Source of the DNA: Nemertoderma westbladi
Taxonomy: Eukaryota > Animalia > Xenacoelomorpha
Direction: 5' to 3'
Assembly: GCA_032718475.1 (NCBI GenBank)
Contig: JAUCBJ010006713.1
Location: forward strand, 1-64,000
DNA: 64,000 nucleotides
This document shows, piece after piece, positions 12,010 to 24,699 of the stretch. Each line of letters opens with the position of its first letter. The stretch's first letter is position 1. A program made the translations under genes and the position numbers. The notes under the pieces are model-generated. The model was not told the DNA's origin, made no database searches, and saw nothing but the letters and a program-made list of their open reading frames with translations.

Positions 12010-15000
12010 TGCATGTCAGTAGCAGGCCCCATCGCTTGTGGGTCAGCCGTCCACTCTTTGCCTCAATCGGACCAAAACAATCCACCCCTGTATTTGGTGG
12101 GTCATATGCCTGCACTCTCGCTTCTGGGAGTTCAGCCATCTCCTGTTCCAATGCTCTGGCGTTCACCCTCTTGCAAACCAGACAGGCATCATACATAGTG
12201 CCTACTGCCCTGCTTGGCTGCAATAGAATGAATCGCTGTCTCGCCGCCGACAAACAGTGTAACTTTCCCGCGTGATGCAACCTCTTGTGTATATCCCATA
12301 GAATCGCTCTTTGCAATTCTATTGGGTGACTAGAGATTATCACTGGGAACCGAAACTGTGAGTTTATGTCGACAGTCTGGATTCTCAATCTATGACAAAT
12401 CAAACCCTTATGGATTAATGGACCCCATTTTCTAAGGGGTTTATAGAGAACTGGTCGTTGAGCCGATAATAGATAGAATTCTTTTGGGAAGGCACACATT
12501 TGATAGTACTTCAAATGCTTCAATTCCGCTTGATCAATCTCATCCTCTGTCAGAGGTTGTTTCAATTTCTGAATTCGCTCACTATTAGCGCTCATTTGTT
12601 CTCCTAAATGTTCCGAATGTTTTAAACAAAGGTACGAAATGTATCGGCTTAACCACGCAGTTCTTTTACAAATTGTCAGCCAAGAGGCAGACGAATTTAG
12701 TAATTTGTCATAAACACTGCATGACTCTAATGCCAGCGACGGTTGTCCGCTAACTAATGGAAGTTTCGAATCCAAACCCGCAGGTTTGGAAACCAAAGGC
12801 TCCATTGTGTCGGTCATTTTCTGTCCATCACTTACCAACTGTGACTCTGGTTTAGTCTGGTTAAGGGTGGTTTTACGTCAAAACTTACCCTTCCGGACCT
12901 AGTCGTCACGTAAGTCTGTAGGTCTGACAGGTCTCCAGGCCGCTCCAATAACTCTTCAGGCCGCTCCAATGACTCTTCAGGCCGCTCCAATGACTTGAGT
13001 TTAGCTTTCGACTTTGACTTGGAGATTTTCTCCACTTTGACTTCTGCATCTTCAGGCATCGGATTGGTCACTATCTTCAGTCGCTCTGGCCAATGTTCCT
13101 GTGTCCTCGTTAGAAAATCAGGCCCATGCAATCAAAACTCCTGGGACTCTTCCTGACAGAATTCCGCCGGCATTGCACCTCTCGAAGTTATGTCGGCCGG
13201 GTTCAACACTCCCGGACAATGTCTCCATTGTTCCTTCGTCGAAAAGTCGACGATCTGAGCGCGTCTGTTGGCCACAAATGTCTTTAGTGCAATATTGTCA
13301 GCTGCAATGTATACTAACACCAAGGATGCGTCCGTCCAATAGAATAAGGTCAATGTCGTGTCTAACTCCTCTATTATCTGCTTACTTACCTCGACTGAAA
13401 CTACTGCCGCCTGTAACTCTGCACGAGGGACAGTCATGTATTTGACTGGCATTGTCTTTGATCTAGACGTCACAAAAGCCGTCTCAAACTTGTCCTGACT
13501 TACCTCTCGGCGAAGGTAGGCTACCATACCAAAGCCGGTGTCACTTGCGTCACTAAATAAATGGAGTTCGAGATCAGCTGGGAATACCAGCTGATTCGGA
13601 AAGTAGGAACGGGGTACATCTATATTTTTCAATAGATGCAACTCGGCTTCCCACTCTCTCCACTGCTTTGCATGTATAGGAGATATTGGTTCGTCCCACT
13701 CTAAGTCGGATAACCAAATTTTCCTCATGCACGCTCGTGCCTGTAATATTACCGGACTGATAAAGTTCATCGGGTCAAATAGTCTACTTAATGTCGATAA
13801 GCAAATCCTCTTAGTCAAAACTTTGTCTGGACTACTGGGCTCAAATCTAACTCTTACCTGGAACTTATCCGAGTTCGGGTTCCAAGCGAGTCCCAGTACT
13901 TGCGCCATGGGGATGGGTTCTACCCCCAATTCTATGTCTCCGCTCCCGCGATCTTTCACCGGGAACGATTCTAATAGGGCCTCCGAATTAGTGGTGAACT
14001 TGGTTAGAGGAAAACCCCCTGTAGCCAAGCACTCCTGTAGGCCGTGAGCCACTTCTATGGCTTCCTCTGCTGTGTCCTTGGACACCAATCCGTCGTCCAT
14101 GTAGAAGTTTCTCAAGATGGACTCGATCACCTCTACTGGATACTTACCAATCTGGGCTGTTGCCGTTTTCTTTAGAACAAACAGCGTGCCGTTTGGACTA
14201 TCGCGGGCACCAAATATCCTAACATACATCTGGTATATAACCACTGGCCCGGATAAGTCTTCATTCTCAAACCAGAGAAATCGAAGGCTATCCTGGTCTG
14301 CCTTACAGGCTCTTACCTGGTGGAACATCGCCTCGATGTCACAAGTAAATGCGAATCGCCGCTGTCTAAAGCGTAACAGTATTCCAATCAAATAATTGTT
14401 CAGGTTGGGTCCGTCCATCAACTCTGAATTCAGGGACATACCTCTGTAGACTGCTGCGCAGTCGTTGACTACTCAGACTTTGTCAGGTTTGTCAGGGTGA
14501 GTCACATAGTGGTGTGGGAGGTAATAAGTCTGGTCTGTCACTAAGTCAGGGTCCTCTACCTTCCCAGCAAATCCCTTGGCGAAATAGTTGTTGATCTGGG
14601 CGCAATACTTCTCCCTAATGTCTGGATTCTTCAACAACCGAGCCCTTACTCCGTTCAATCTTTTCAAGGCTAAGCTGTAGTTGTTTTCCAACTTAGGAGG
14701 TTTTCGACGCCACAATATTCCAACTTCAAAATGTCCAGTCGGTAGCAGACGTATGGTATCTTCCATCATCTCCAGCGACCGTTTTTCATCAGTGGACATG
14801 GTTAGGTCATATCCACCGGGTTCCATTGCGTCCCTATCCAGCCATTCGACGGTTTTAGCTCCTGTCTCGAGGTCTTGGCGTATCAATTCCTTCTGCAATT
14901 CCTTCTCACTGTATTGGAAAATGTCTAGGTCTCGATATTTAGCCACTTGACCCTCCACTATGTCGGTATAAGTCAAAACGTTACTCAGATAAGTAGCGTG

Positions 15001-17936
15001 GGCCGCTGAACCAGACCCACGGGTCTGATAACAGTAGTCCTCGGGTTCACTATCTGTCCGGTCATTGTGAAGTGGTTCCGACAACCTAACATTATCGGGA
15101 ATCAACTCCTCGTCCGACTCGCTAACGTCACTATAATGGTCAATACAGGTTCTCCTAAACTCGTCTATGTCTGGTGGTTCTACTAACGGTGGTTCAGTTA
15201 TAGACTGTAATCCGTCGTATCTATCTATTGGCTTGTCGCCACCTGTAAACTCATAAGACATGGGTACTCGTGTATACCAACCTAGTATAGTCCTATGGGC
15301 ATGTGGTCCATTGACATGCGGCTCAGCTGGTCTCGTTTCCCATATTTGGTGTGCGATCAGCTGTTCTGCACCAATTAACATAGAAACATTCCTATAACCT
15401 ACCTGGTGTCTGGGTACTCTGAGCTTGTCAAAGTACTCCTGTGCTATGAGGTAGATTCACAATCCTCAACATGTCTAATGCGTTTGAAATAGCGTTCGCT
15501 AAGTTCAACAGCTCTAACGGAGTTGTAATCCTTCCGCCCTTACCCAAGTCTTCCACTATTGACTGTGCCATCTTGGTTTTATTCCCGTAGATGTCGCTAA
15601 GCGTCTTCATTGCCAACTCAAATGCTCTTTCATTGCCGACGAAGTTGTCAGCAATGACTCTAGGTTCTCGATGGAGCATCTGAAGCAAATAGTCGAACTT
15701 CTCGTTGGGAGTAAAGGTGCTGTTGGTTAGCTGCTCGTCGACATAGGTTTTGAAAGTTCTCCAATGTTTATGGTTGCCCATAAACTTCTGGGGTTGTTGC
15801 GTCGGCAATCCTTGCCTAGCAGCAAACTTATCTATGTCTCTAAGGGTTGCGTCGTTCTGGGTTAACAAATGGTTTAGTTCCGCAGGGTTGTTAAGTCTGT
15901 TCCTTTCCCGGGGATTCGAACTTACCTGCTCCGCGTCCGTCCTTCTTTCCTTATAGTTCCGGGACTTCTGACGTCTCATTTCTTCTTCTTCATCGCTTGA
16001 TTCTGTGTCAGTCCTTAGCGCTCGCGTTGGTTTGCGCGTCGAGGCCCTGACCCAAGCCTCCTGTATAAACTTTTCCGTCGAATTCTCGAAGTTAGGATTA
16101 TGTATATTAGGGACAGGTGTTCTTACCTGAGGTCTATGTGGTATAGTTGCCTCCGATATGCGTACTCGTTGATTTTGTTGGACTTTATCTGACTCAGGCC
16201 TGCTAGGATTAGAGTTACTTCTTACCTGGGCTGCTTCCTTTAACCGTAGGTTACTAAGCATGTCCGTTATAGGTTGTATGTGCGGCGATATAGCTTGCGC
16301 TAAACTGGCACTTAACTCATCCCTCGTAATAAATTCCTGGCTAGGGTTCTGTTGTATAGTCGGCTCTATCTGAGTAATCCGCTGTCTCTCATATGATCCC
16401 TCTTCCAGTTTAACCCGGAAGTTCTCCGTCGAACTGGGTCGGCGCTCCGTCCGCGTATTCCAAACCCGCGGGTTCGGTTCGCCCAATACTCGGCCCGTCA
16501 GAGTTTCTCCTCTAAATTCTCCGTTGTCACGTTCGGTGTGTAGTGGTGCGTTCTGATGACGTGGATCCTGCGCGATGGGTGAAGCACTAATACCAACTGG
16601 CGTGCGATATGTAGAGAATGGTTTAGCGATCCGTGTACTCGTAATAGCTGGACCGGGTATAGGAATTCTGGTCGTCGTCGACTCGCGTATAGTCGGAGTT
16701 CTCGCTTCCTGTTCGGCCTTCTGCAGTGCGAACGGTTCTCGCAACTCAGTACCTACACTCGCCCCACATTCTTCGAGCATTCGCATCCCCTTCTCGGCGA
16801 TTTCATTCGCCTTCCTAGTCCGTTCTTTGCTCTCTAAATTTAATCTCGCACTTTCTAACTGCGCCAGCTTGCGTTCCTCTTCTTCCCTTGCTCGTCTCGC
16901 TGCGCTCTCTTCTTCCACATGTGCCTTCTCTTCATACAACGCCCGTCGCTCCTTCTCGATCTCGCGTTCGCGTTCTTTGCGCTCGCGTTCAAGTTCGAGT
17001 TCGCGTTCCTTCTGTTCACGCTCGAGTTCCTTACGTTCGCGTTCGGCTTGAAGTTCGCGTTCTCTTTGTTTGCGTTCAAGTTGGAGTTCGCGTTCTCTTT
17101 GTTCGCGTTCAAGTTGGAGTTCGCGTTCCTTGCGCTCGCGTTCAAGTTGGAGTTCGCGTTCCTTGCGCTCGCGTTCCGCTTGCTCACGCTTACTTATTTC
17201 CTCCAACTCTCGCAACTTTGCGTCTAACTTCCGTGTGCGCTCCCGTTCCCGCTCGGCTTCCTTCTGTGCTTCCGATGCACGCAAAACTTCCGCCTGTTGT
17301 TCGTCTAGTCGGCGTCTTCTCTCTTCCGCCGAGTTGTGAGAAACAAGGGATCTAGCACATATTACCTTCCCTTGCGCGTGACTAACCTGGGAATCGCCAC
17401 TGTCTCTAGATGCGTTGTCGGGTGGAGTTAACGTTCTCTGTTGAATGTTTTCTGTCATCGGTAGCACCTGGCCTGGTACCACCACTCCGCTCTGCATCAG
17501 CCAGCTAGTAACTTCCCGTTGATATCTTCGCTCCTCCTTGTCTTGGATCTCTTCCTGCTCCACTAAGTCTCGCAACTCTGCGTCACTCACCTGAGTCGCC
17601 TGCGCTTGTGATGCCCATAGCAACCAGTTCTCCGTCCTAACTCGTCGGAATCGCTCCGATAACGCGCGGTGCTCCAACAAGGCTGCTAAAACCCTATCGT
17701 AAACCCTCGTCGCCACGTCGCTCGACTGAGACGCCACTGCTCTCTTTGCCAGGACTGCAAGCTCCTCCGTCTGTTTGAATAACGCTGAGTTGTTTCCTTT
17801 TCTAATCTCTACTAACCCTTCCCTTCCGATGTTCGCTGAGTCGGCTAACATCAGTAATGTTAGTGCTATCGTCAGTCGGCGGTCCAGCCGCCGTCTCATA
17901 GCTGTCCTTTAGTGCCTCCTTCTCTGAGGCACTCAT
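12010..17936 (-). pseudogene. BEL-1 gag-pol, disrupted
   Basis: ORFs 15428-17899, 14473-15381, 13132-14439, 12832-13131, 11474-12838 are colinear with BEL-2; stops at 14473 and 13132, a deletion removing the Zn knuckles and PR active site near 15440, and the integrase core is lost after LLLTCM. Confidence 0.9.
16960..17180 (-). repeat. 33-bp tandem repeat encoding (ERERKERELQL)n coiled coil in Gag
   Basis: Direct translation in ORF 15428-17899. Confidence 0.85.
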
Positions 17937-20900
17937 AGTCTAAATAATATTTGCCTTCCGGCAAAATATCTCGCAAAAGTTCGAGATATATATATAATTT
18001 AATCGAAATACGATTAAATTATTTGACAAATAATCAGTTGGTCCAAAATGTCAAAATAAATTCGCAATGCAATATTGTGAATTTAATAGGATATAGTTAT
18101 AGCAAATACTAGCACAATATTTAAACAAAAATATTATTCTATAGCTATTATAGCATTTAAATACCGGTATAGCATAAAATAACTTTGAATCTAATACAAA
18201 ATATTCAAAATAAACTTGCCACCCAAATATTTCTAATTTTGCATATATAGCTCTAATCAACGCAATTTTAATTTCAAATATTATATGTATCCACTAGCGC
18301 GTGGCTACATCTTCGGGTTGCGACTCTCTCTAACTCTCTCTCTAACTCGAGCGATTCAAAAACCATGGCCGGCTAAACCTAACTAACCTAACTAATAAAT
18401 TGAGTTCAGCTTCGCGTTAAACAACTGGTAATTTTTTACTGCTTCCACAAACACAATGGTGCCAACAGAACAACTAACCTTGTTTGCTGTGAGATTCCAC
18501 GTCCGCGTCCAAAGTTTCAGGCTCTTCGCTGATTGCAAACCGAACCCACAGACCCACACGAACCCCAAACTCAGAAGTCCCGTCTTGCCATGTATCTCCA
18601 GATGGTATAAAATAACTAAGCGGTTACCTAACATACCGGTACAAAATTCTAGATTTTATTACAAATAATTTTGACCGAAACTGAATTCTCGCAAACCTAG
18701 CTAAAATTTTCAAAAAACTTACTAATTACAGTTTGCCCTAAGGCCTAAGGAACTGCTGTATTCGCAATTAGTAAAAAACGCACTACCGTACATCCACTGT
18801 ATGCAGTACAGTAAGTAAAACAGTACACCAACCTAACAGCCTAATGATACTGTGCGTGGTACAGCAAAACAAATGTCTTTTCTACTGTACGCAGTAACAG
18901 CAATCAGCCTAATGTACTACTGTACTATTGTACGCGACCAGTGAATACAGTAATCTAAACTAACAGCCTAAGAATACACTCTATGTTCTACTGTACGCTA
19001 TAGGCCTACAGCAGACAATAATCGTGCTTTACTGTTACGAAGTAACAGTAAATTAGCCTAATGTACTACTGTACTACTGCATGCAGCAGCAAATAAAACG
19101 TGCTTTACTGTTAAACTAGTGTGTCACCTTCACTAACAGCAGAACTGTTGAACAGACAAATACCGGTATACTTCTCTGTTAACCTAATGAGTTCCCGCCT
19201 AACCAATAAGACACAAAGACTGCTCTACTGTTAAATAAAGGTGATCAGGAGCGTGCTATTACTAAATTGTAGGGCTGCTAAATACTAAACCGCTACTTAC
19301 CGTTGGATGGCGCTAATCTGCCGTCCGCTAATATATTTTACTAACTTTACACGGCTCCTGCAAAATCGCTTGTTCCTTTCTCTACCGATCGCTCGACAGA
19401 GAGCTAACTGTTCGAATCTATGAGCCACGCGGGAATAACCAAAACAATAAACCCGAGTCGGCTCCCTAAGCTTACTTAAGACGAGTGTGAGAGGTTTTAC
19501 ACTCAGAGTATATTCTTACGCCTAATCTTACTGTTAAAGTATGCCAATGCCTACGTCCTTTCTAATCGCGAATACTGGGGGTTCCCTAACGGAATGTGTG
19601 AATGCGAGAATACTTAAAATAACCAAAATAATGGTACAGTGCAATGTCTTTCAGTGGATAATACCGCTCTGGGTCTAAACTTGTCTGCGGCTGGCTTTAG
19701 GCCAGCAATTTACTAATGCGTGTTGCGTACTGAATACTGCTATCTAGCTTACTGCCCGCTAATTCAAATAACCGCTCAGCGTGAATAGTCTACGGTACTC
19801 TAATTATTACCTTAGCTACTCTCCGCTATGCTGCGTACTAATTCTTAATTTTACTAATTAATTACAGTCACAAATATGTAACAGCGTACTAATTACTAAG
19901 AGTTCCAGAATGCGCAATTCTAATTTATTACACAACAGGTTTCACTAGTAACAGCCTAAAATACTGTATTTACTTTGACCTAATCAGTAATTATTTACAG
20001 TAAACTAAGAAATATAAATCAATCAAGGGAAACAGCGCCTATCTAAGCATTCGTAATCTTAGGCAGACTTCAGTAACACACCAATCAGCGTCAGCAATCA
20101 CAGCTAGCAATGTGCAATTCGCAATTATATAATTCACAATGCAACTCGCGATTTTAAAGCACGCAGACCTCTCCCGGGTACATCTAAGGCTTCCTAACTA
20201 ACCCAATTCCTGCCCCCTAATGCTACAAAATAGAGACAAAATCTGGATCATCAGCCCCCTAATTACCGTACCAGCAAGCGGTCTCCACGCTACAACGCAA
20301 GTTACCCGACCGCAACGGTGACCCCCTGCCAGCGTTGCTCGCCTTTGAATCCTCCGCACTCCCGTCGTCGCTAACCCCCCGATGCGCCCACCGCCTACCG
20401 GTACCTTAGCCCTCCATCAAGATGAATAGCTACCGTAGCGGCGCATGCAAATCACAAAGTCTGACAGTCTCAGAAAATCCCGTAGGATTATTGCGTCGAA
20501 AGGAATTACATAGAACCATTAACAAAAGGGGTAGAAATCATAGTTCCGGTTGTAATTAGCAGTAATCATTGGGATTGATTGAGAAACACAAGCAAGAATA
20601 GTAGCACTAATGAATCATTTCGAGAAATTAATCGAAAAGGTAGAAATGCAGAAAATACGCACAAATTATACTCCTAAACTTAATGGATAAAGTGGCGCTA
20701 AATGTGTCTGGGTGGGTGGTGAGTAATGATGTACAGCTCTACCGGCAAACCGCCAATTTATAGGTGATTCGAGTGGGGTGATGCAATCGCTCTCTCATTG
20801 GCTCCCCAATCCGCGCTATCATTAGACCAACCTGGAAGCAGTTAGGCCAATAAGAAAGCCGGATCGTGAACCTATTGCTCCCGAAACCCACAAATCGTCA

Positions 20901-21327
20901 CCATATAAGGTAATTTTGCCGATGCTTAATTTAGCGGTACTAATAACATGATGCACAAAGGTTAATTTAGCGCAATTATAAAGAAATTAAAACCCGTGAT
21001 AGCCTCATCAAGGTTAATAACGGCAAGCCCATATCCAGGGTCCAACAAGGACTTGCTACCCTGGAACTATCTACTTATATCCTATTACAAAATTACATAG
21101 GTAGGGCTACATACTATACAAAATGGATGAATACAAATATATGGGCGTTTTATTTTCCTTATCTAAATGTCATCGCGCATTATCATGTCTTATCTAAAAT
21201 AATTATACTGCATAATGACTAATATTGTGTACAGTATAACGGCTAATAATGTGTACTGCATAATGACTAATATTGTGTATACAGTACAACGGCTAATAAT
21301 GTAGATACAGCGCCATATACCGTAACA

Positions 21328-21975
21328 GTTTGTGTCCCTCATTAATGATTGTATCCATCATTAATGTTTGTGTCCCTCATTAATGTTTGTGTCCCTTATT
21401 AATTCATTGTGTTCCTCATTAATGTTTGTCTCCCTGATTACTGTGTGTCCCTCATTAATGATTGTGTCCGTCGTTAATGTTTGTGCCCCTTATTAATGTG
21501 TGTCCCTCATTAATGTGTGTCCCTCATTAATGTTTGTGTCCCTCATTAATGTTTGTGTATCTCATTAATGATTGTATCCCTCATTAATGTTTGTGCCCCT
21601 TATTAATGTGTGTCCCTCATTAATGTTTGTGTCCCTCATTAATGTTTGTGTCCTTTATTAATGTTTGTGTCCTTTATTAATGTTTGTGTCTATCATTAAT
21701 GTTTGTTTCCCTCATTAATGTTTGTGTCCCTCATTAATGTTTGTGTCCCTCATTAATGTTAGTGTACCTCATTAATGTTTGTGTCCCTCATTAATGTTTG
21801 TGTCCCTCATTAATGTTTGTTTCCCTCATTAATGTTTGTGTCCCTCATTAATGTTTGTGTCCCTCATTAATGTTAGTGTACCTCATTAATGTTTGTGTCC
21901 CTCATTAATGATTATGTCCCTCGTTAATGTTTGTGCCCCTTATTAATGTGTGTCCCTCATTAATGTTTGTGTCCC
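21328..21975. repeat. 21-bp minisatellite (GTTTGTGTCCCTCATTAAT-type)
   Basis: About 30 tandem units. Confidence 0.95.
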
Positions 21976-22361
21976 AACCTTGCCCGTTTGGGCAAGCACG
22001 TATAATAACCTTGCCCGTTCTGGCAAGCACGTATAATAACACGCAAGCAGATATCTACCCTGCCAGTTTTAGCATATTAAACAATGAGTCGAGATATATA
22101 TTATTATGATTATTATTATGATTATAATACGAGAATTATAATATATGACAATGGCATACATGGATACATGAATACATTAAATTGCAATGGCTTGCATATT
22201 ATTTATAGACAATAAAATACAGTACGTGAAACCTATATACAGTATATACGTGAAAACTACAGAACTACGGTAGTATTATGTACTGTAGCTACTTAGTATT
22301 GAATTAACATACTACTGTAGGGGGGGGGGGGGGGGGGGGGGGGGACTGGACGCAATAAAAA

Positions 22362-22500
22362 TTAATCCCTCTCCAAGGTAAACTCGACGCAAATAACAGC
22401 GGATTACTCTCAAAAATAAGACTGTAACCTATTCTATTGTGCTTAGTTTATTGTTTTGGTTAAATTAACGTGCAACTGTAACCTGCTCCTTTCCCTAAGC
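22362..22500. repeat. Dispersed repeat fragment (related copies at ~49510-49610 inverted and ~52620-52790)
   Basis: Shared CCCTCTCCA...CGCAAATAACAGC and ACTGTAACCTGCTCCTTTCC / TTTATTGTTTTGG segments. Confidence 0.5.
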
Positions 22501-22879
22501 ATTGAGGCGGGATATTAATTCGCCAAGTCGGGTTTTGCGTGGTTATGAAGGGCCCACGATAAATTATTATGGTGAAAATGAGAATAAATAATGCATATTT
22601 TTCATTATAATAGTACACCAAAACTGTATCACACTTTAAATATTAAATATAGATATGATTATGCAATTTGTCTAACAATAAGCACTATAATGTAATATAC
22701 ATTAAATACAATGACAAATTACGTATAATAACAAACAATAATACAATAGGAAATCACCAAATATACTCGAATCGCAAATATATTAAATATTTTAATTAAT
22801 TTGTTCATTTATATAACACTAATACTAATTAAAATATGAATTACATCACGAAAATCCATTAAAAAATATAAAAAACGAC

Positions 22880-23320
22880 TAGAAAATATACACCGAATTG
22901 GTGTCAGAGTGGAAAAAAAGAGCCGATTCGGTGTATTTTCGAGAAAATTGAGTTCCTGAATCGGTGTACTAGAAAATACTGACCCAGAATCGGTGCTTCT
23001 GCAGGCTGTATGAATATATCACAAGCCCCCATTCGGGCTGTCGGGGTACAGGGAGTCCTGGATACCCTGATTCGGGGTATAATTTACATTAGATTTTCCG
23101 GTACAATATCGAAGCCGGAAGATTTCATTATTACTCCAAAGTTTTCTTATTTGTAGTACACACCAATGTGTATTCGAATATGTTAAAACGAAATTGCGGA
23201 ATTGAAATCTTCATATGTGGAAATGAAGGAGAAAAAATGTCTATGGGAGAACCCAGAATCGGGTATCACAAAACCCCGAATGGGGGTTTGCTTCTATACC
23301 CCGATTCGGGGTATTTTCCC
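22880..23320. repeat. Degenerate DNA-transposon remnant with repeated CCGA(A/T)TCGG palindromic motifs
   Basis: About 9 copies of ccgaatcgg/ccgattcgg-like motifs; termini not resolved. Confidence 0.4.
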
Positions 23321-23932
23321 TTACTGTATTACTACCCCTCCTTGGTGCAATCACGAGCTATGTTGCACCAAGGTATCTGACGTCTCTGTTTGAGACAATT
23401 GTGCTCTCTCTCTCTCCACACAATTTTTTTTTTTACAACCTCACTCTCACCTTACTCTCGGACCTCTCTGTCCCTTACTCTCTCTCGCGGACCTCATTGT
23501 CCCTTACTCTCTCTCTCACGGACCTCGTTGTCCCTTACTCTCTCACTTACTGCTCTCTCCCCACACTTGAATTGCACTCCTCTCACTTCCTCACGCGCCG
23601 ACACCTCCTCTCCATACTTCCCTCATACTCAACCCATTTGTTTGGTTCTCCGCCCCCTCCTGTCAGGCTCCCACATTCTCATCAGTGCGGCCGCACTTGA
23701 GAAATGGGATCCATCTAATGTCTCCACCTACCCCTGACGAGCCTCACCCTCCCCTTTTTGTGCCAGCGCACTCAAGAAGCGTGATTCATCTAGTGTCTCA
23801 TCCTTCTGTCATAGTCAATTGGTCCCCAGTCCCAGTAGTTAATTGGAAAAGGTTATATATGACTATAGTACATATATTGGTAGTACTTATATTACTTGAT
23901 TAATTATATACATACGTACATACTAATTGCAC

Positions 23933-24568
23933 TTAATTATTTGCACTTAGGAGTTCGTATTCGCCTTCCAGATCGATGGTTGGCGTTCTTTTGGTATCCT
24001 TGCCAAGTCCCCTGAGGGAATCCCCATAGACCCTCGAATATGCTACCAACTTCTTCCACCACTTGTACGGTGTGCCCACCTCTCTGTCCACTAGGTGTCG
24101 GCTACCATAGTGCACCAACTCGCCCTTCGGCCCTGGGTTGTCTACAAGACCCTCAAAGGCCACCTTAAAGGCTCTCCTGTGATCTAGAGGTGCTCCTGAT
24201 AGCAGAAACGCCGTCGGCTCTCTTCTGATAACCACGGCCTTGAATAGGTTTAATAAACCTATCATTATCCAATCCTCCTGTAAGATATATCTCTTCTGAT
24301 ATATCTTTATCGCTCCCCTTCGGATCTGATATATCTCATGTTTCCCTGGCCTCGCTCCCCATTTCAGCGAGTTCGCCAGTTCCGCTCCGTACTCCTCCTC
24401 GGATGTGCACCAGTCCATCGGCTTGTGGCAGACAAGCCCCATGAGCTGGCCCATCGCCACTGCTCCACAATGTCCTGTGCCCGCTCCATGCTCCTCCCGG
24501 AACTTGCCCCGTCCATCGGCTTGTGGCAGACAAGCCCCATGAGCTCGCCCATCCCCACTGCTCCACAA
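23933..24568 (-). CDS. Orphan ORF in putative BEL-3 3' region
   Basis: 211-aa ORF; C-terminal ~130 aa is non-repetitive; N-terminus includes a ~98-bp duplication (24413-24577). Confidence 0.3.
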   Translation of the reverse strand: MWSSGDGRAHGACLPQADGRGKFREEHGAGTGHCGAVAMGQLMGLVCHKPMDWCTSEEEYGAELANSLKWGARPGKHEIYQIRRGAIKIYQKRYILQEDWIMIGLLNLFKAVVIRREPTAFLLSGAPLDHRRAFKVAFEGLVDNPGPKGELVHYGSRHLVDREVGTPYKWWKKLVAYSRVYGDSLRGLGKDTKRTPTIDLEGEYELLSANN

Positions 24569-24699
24569 TGTCCTGTGTTCTCTACCACCCCCAAAATGCC
24601 AATTTTTCTTAGTTTTATTTTAATTTTCATCTATGCTGCCCCCTGTATGTGCTATCATCCTATCTACCTTGCTACTTCTTTCTTACTATGTGCCCTACT

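Larger units (their letters stand above)
11492..21327 (-). mobile_element. Decayed BEL/Pao LTR retrotransposon (BEL-1), 3'-truncated
   Basis: Gag (LPTQQPQKFMGN), RT (YLPHH, YMDD), RNase H (FSDAS, WTDA, NPADITSRG), integrase HHCC + GVDCFGP; 5' LTR begins TGTTACGG at 21327 with TATAAA ~20760 and CCAAT motifs; no 3' LTR seen. Confidence 0.9.

Noticed and set aside
22320-22344. Poly-G tracts (also in LTRs and elsewhere) as G-quadruplex elements
   Set aside because: Scattered across unrelated contexts, with lengths differing even between the twin LTRs; no positional pattern to support function.
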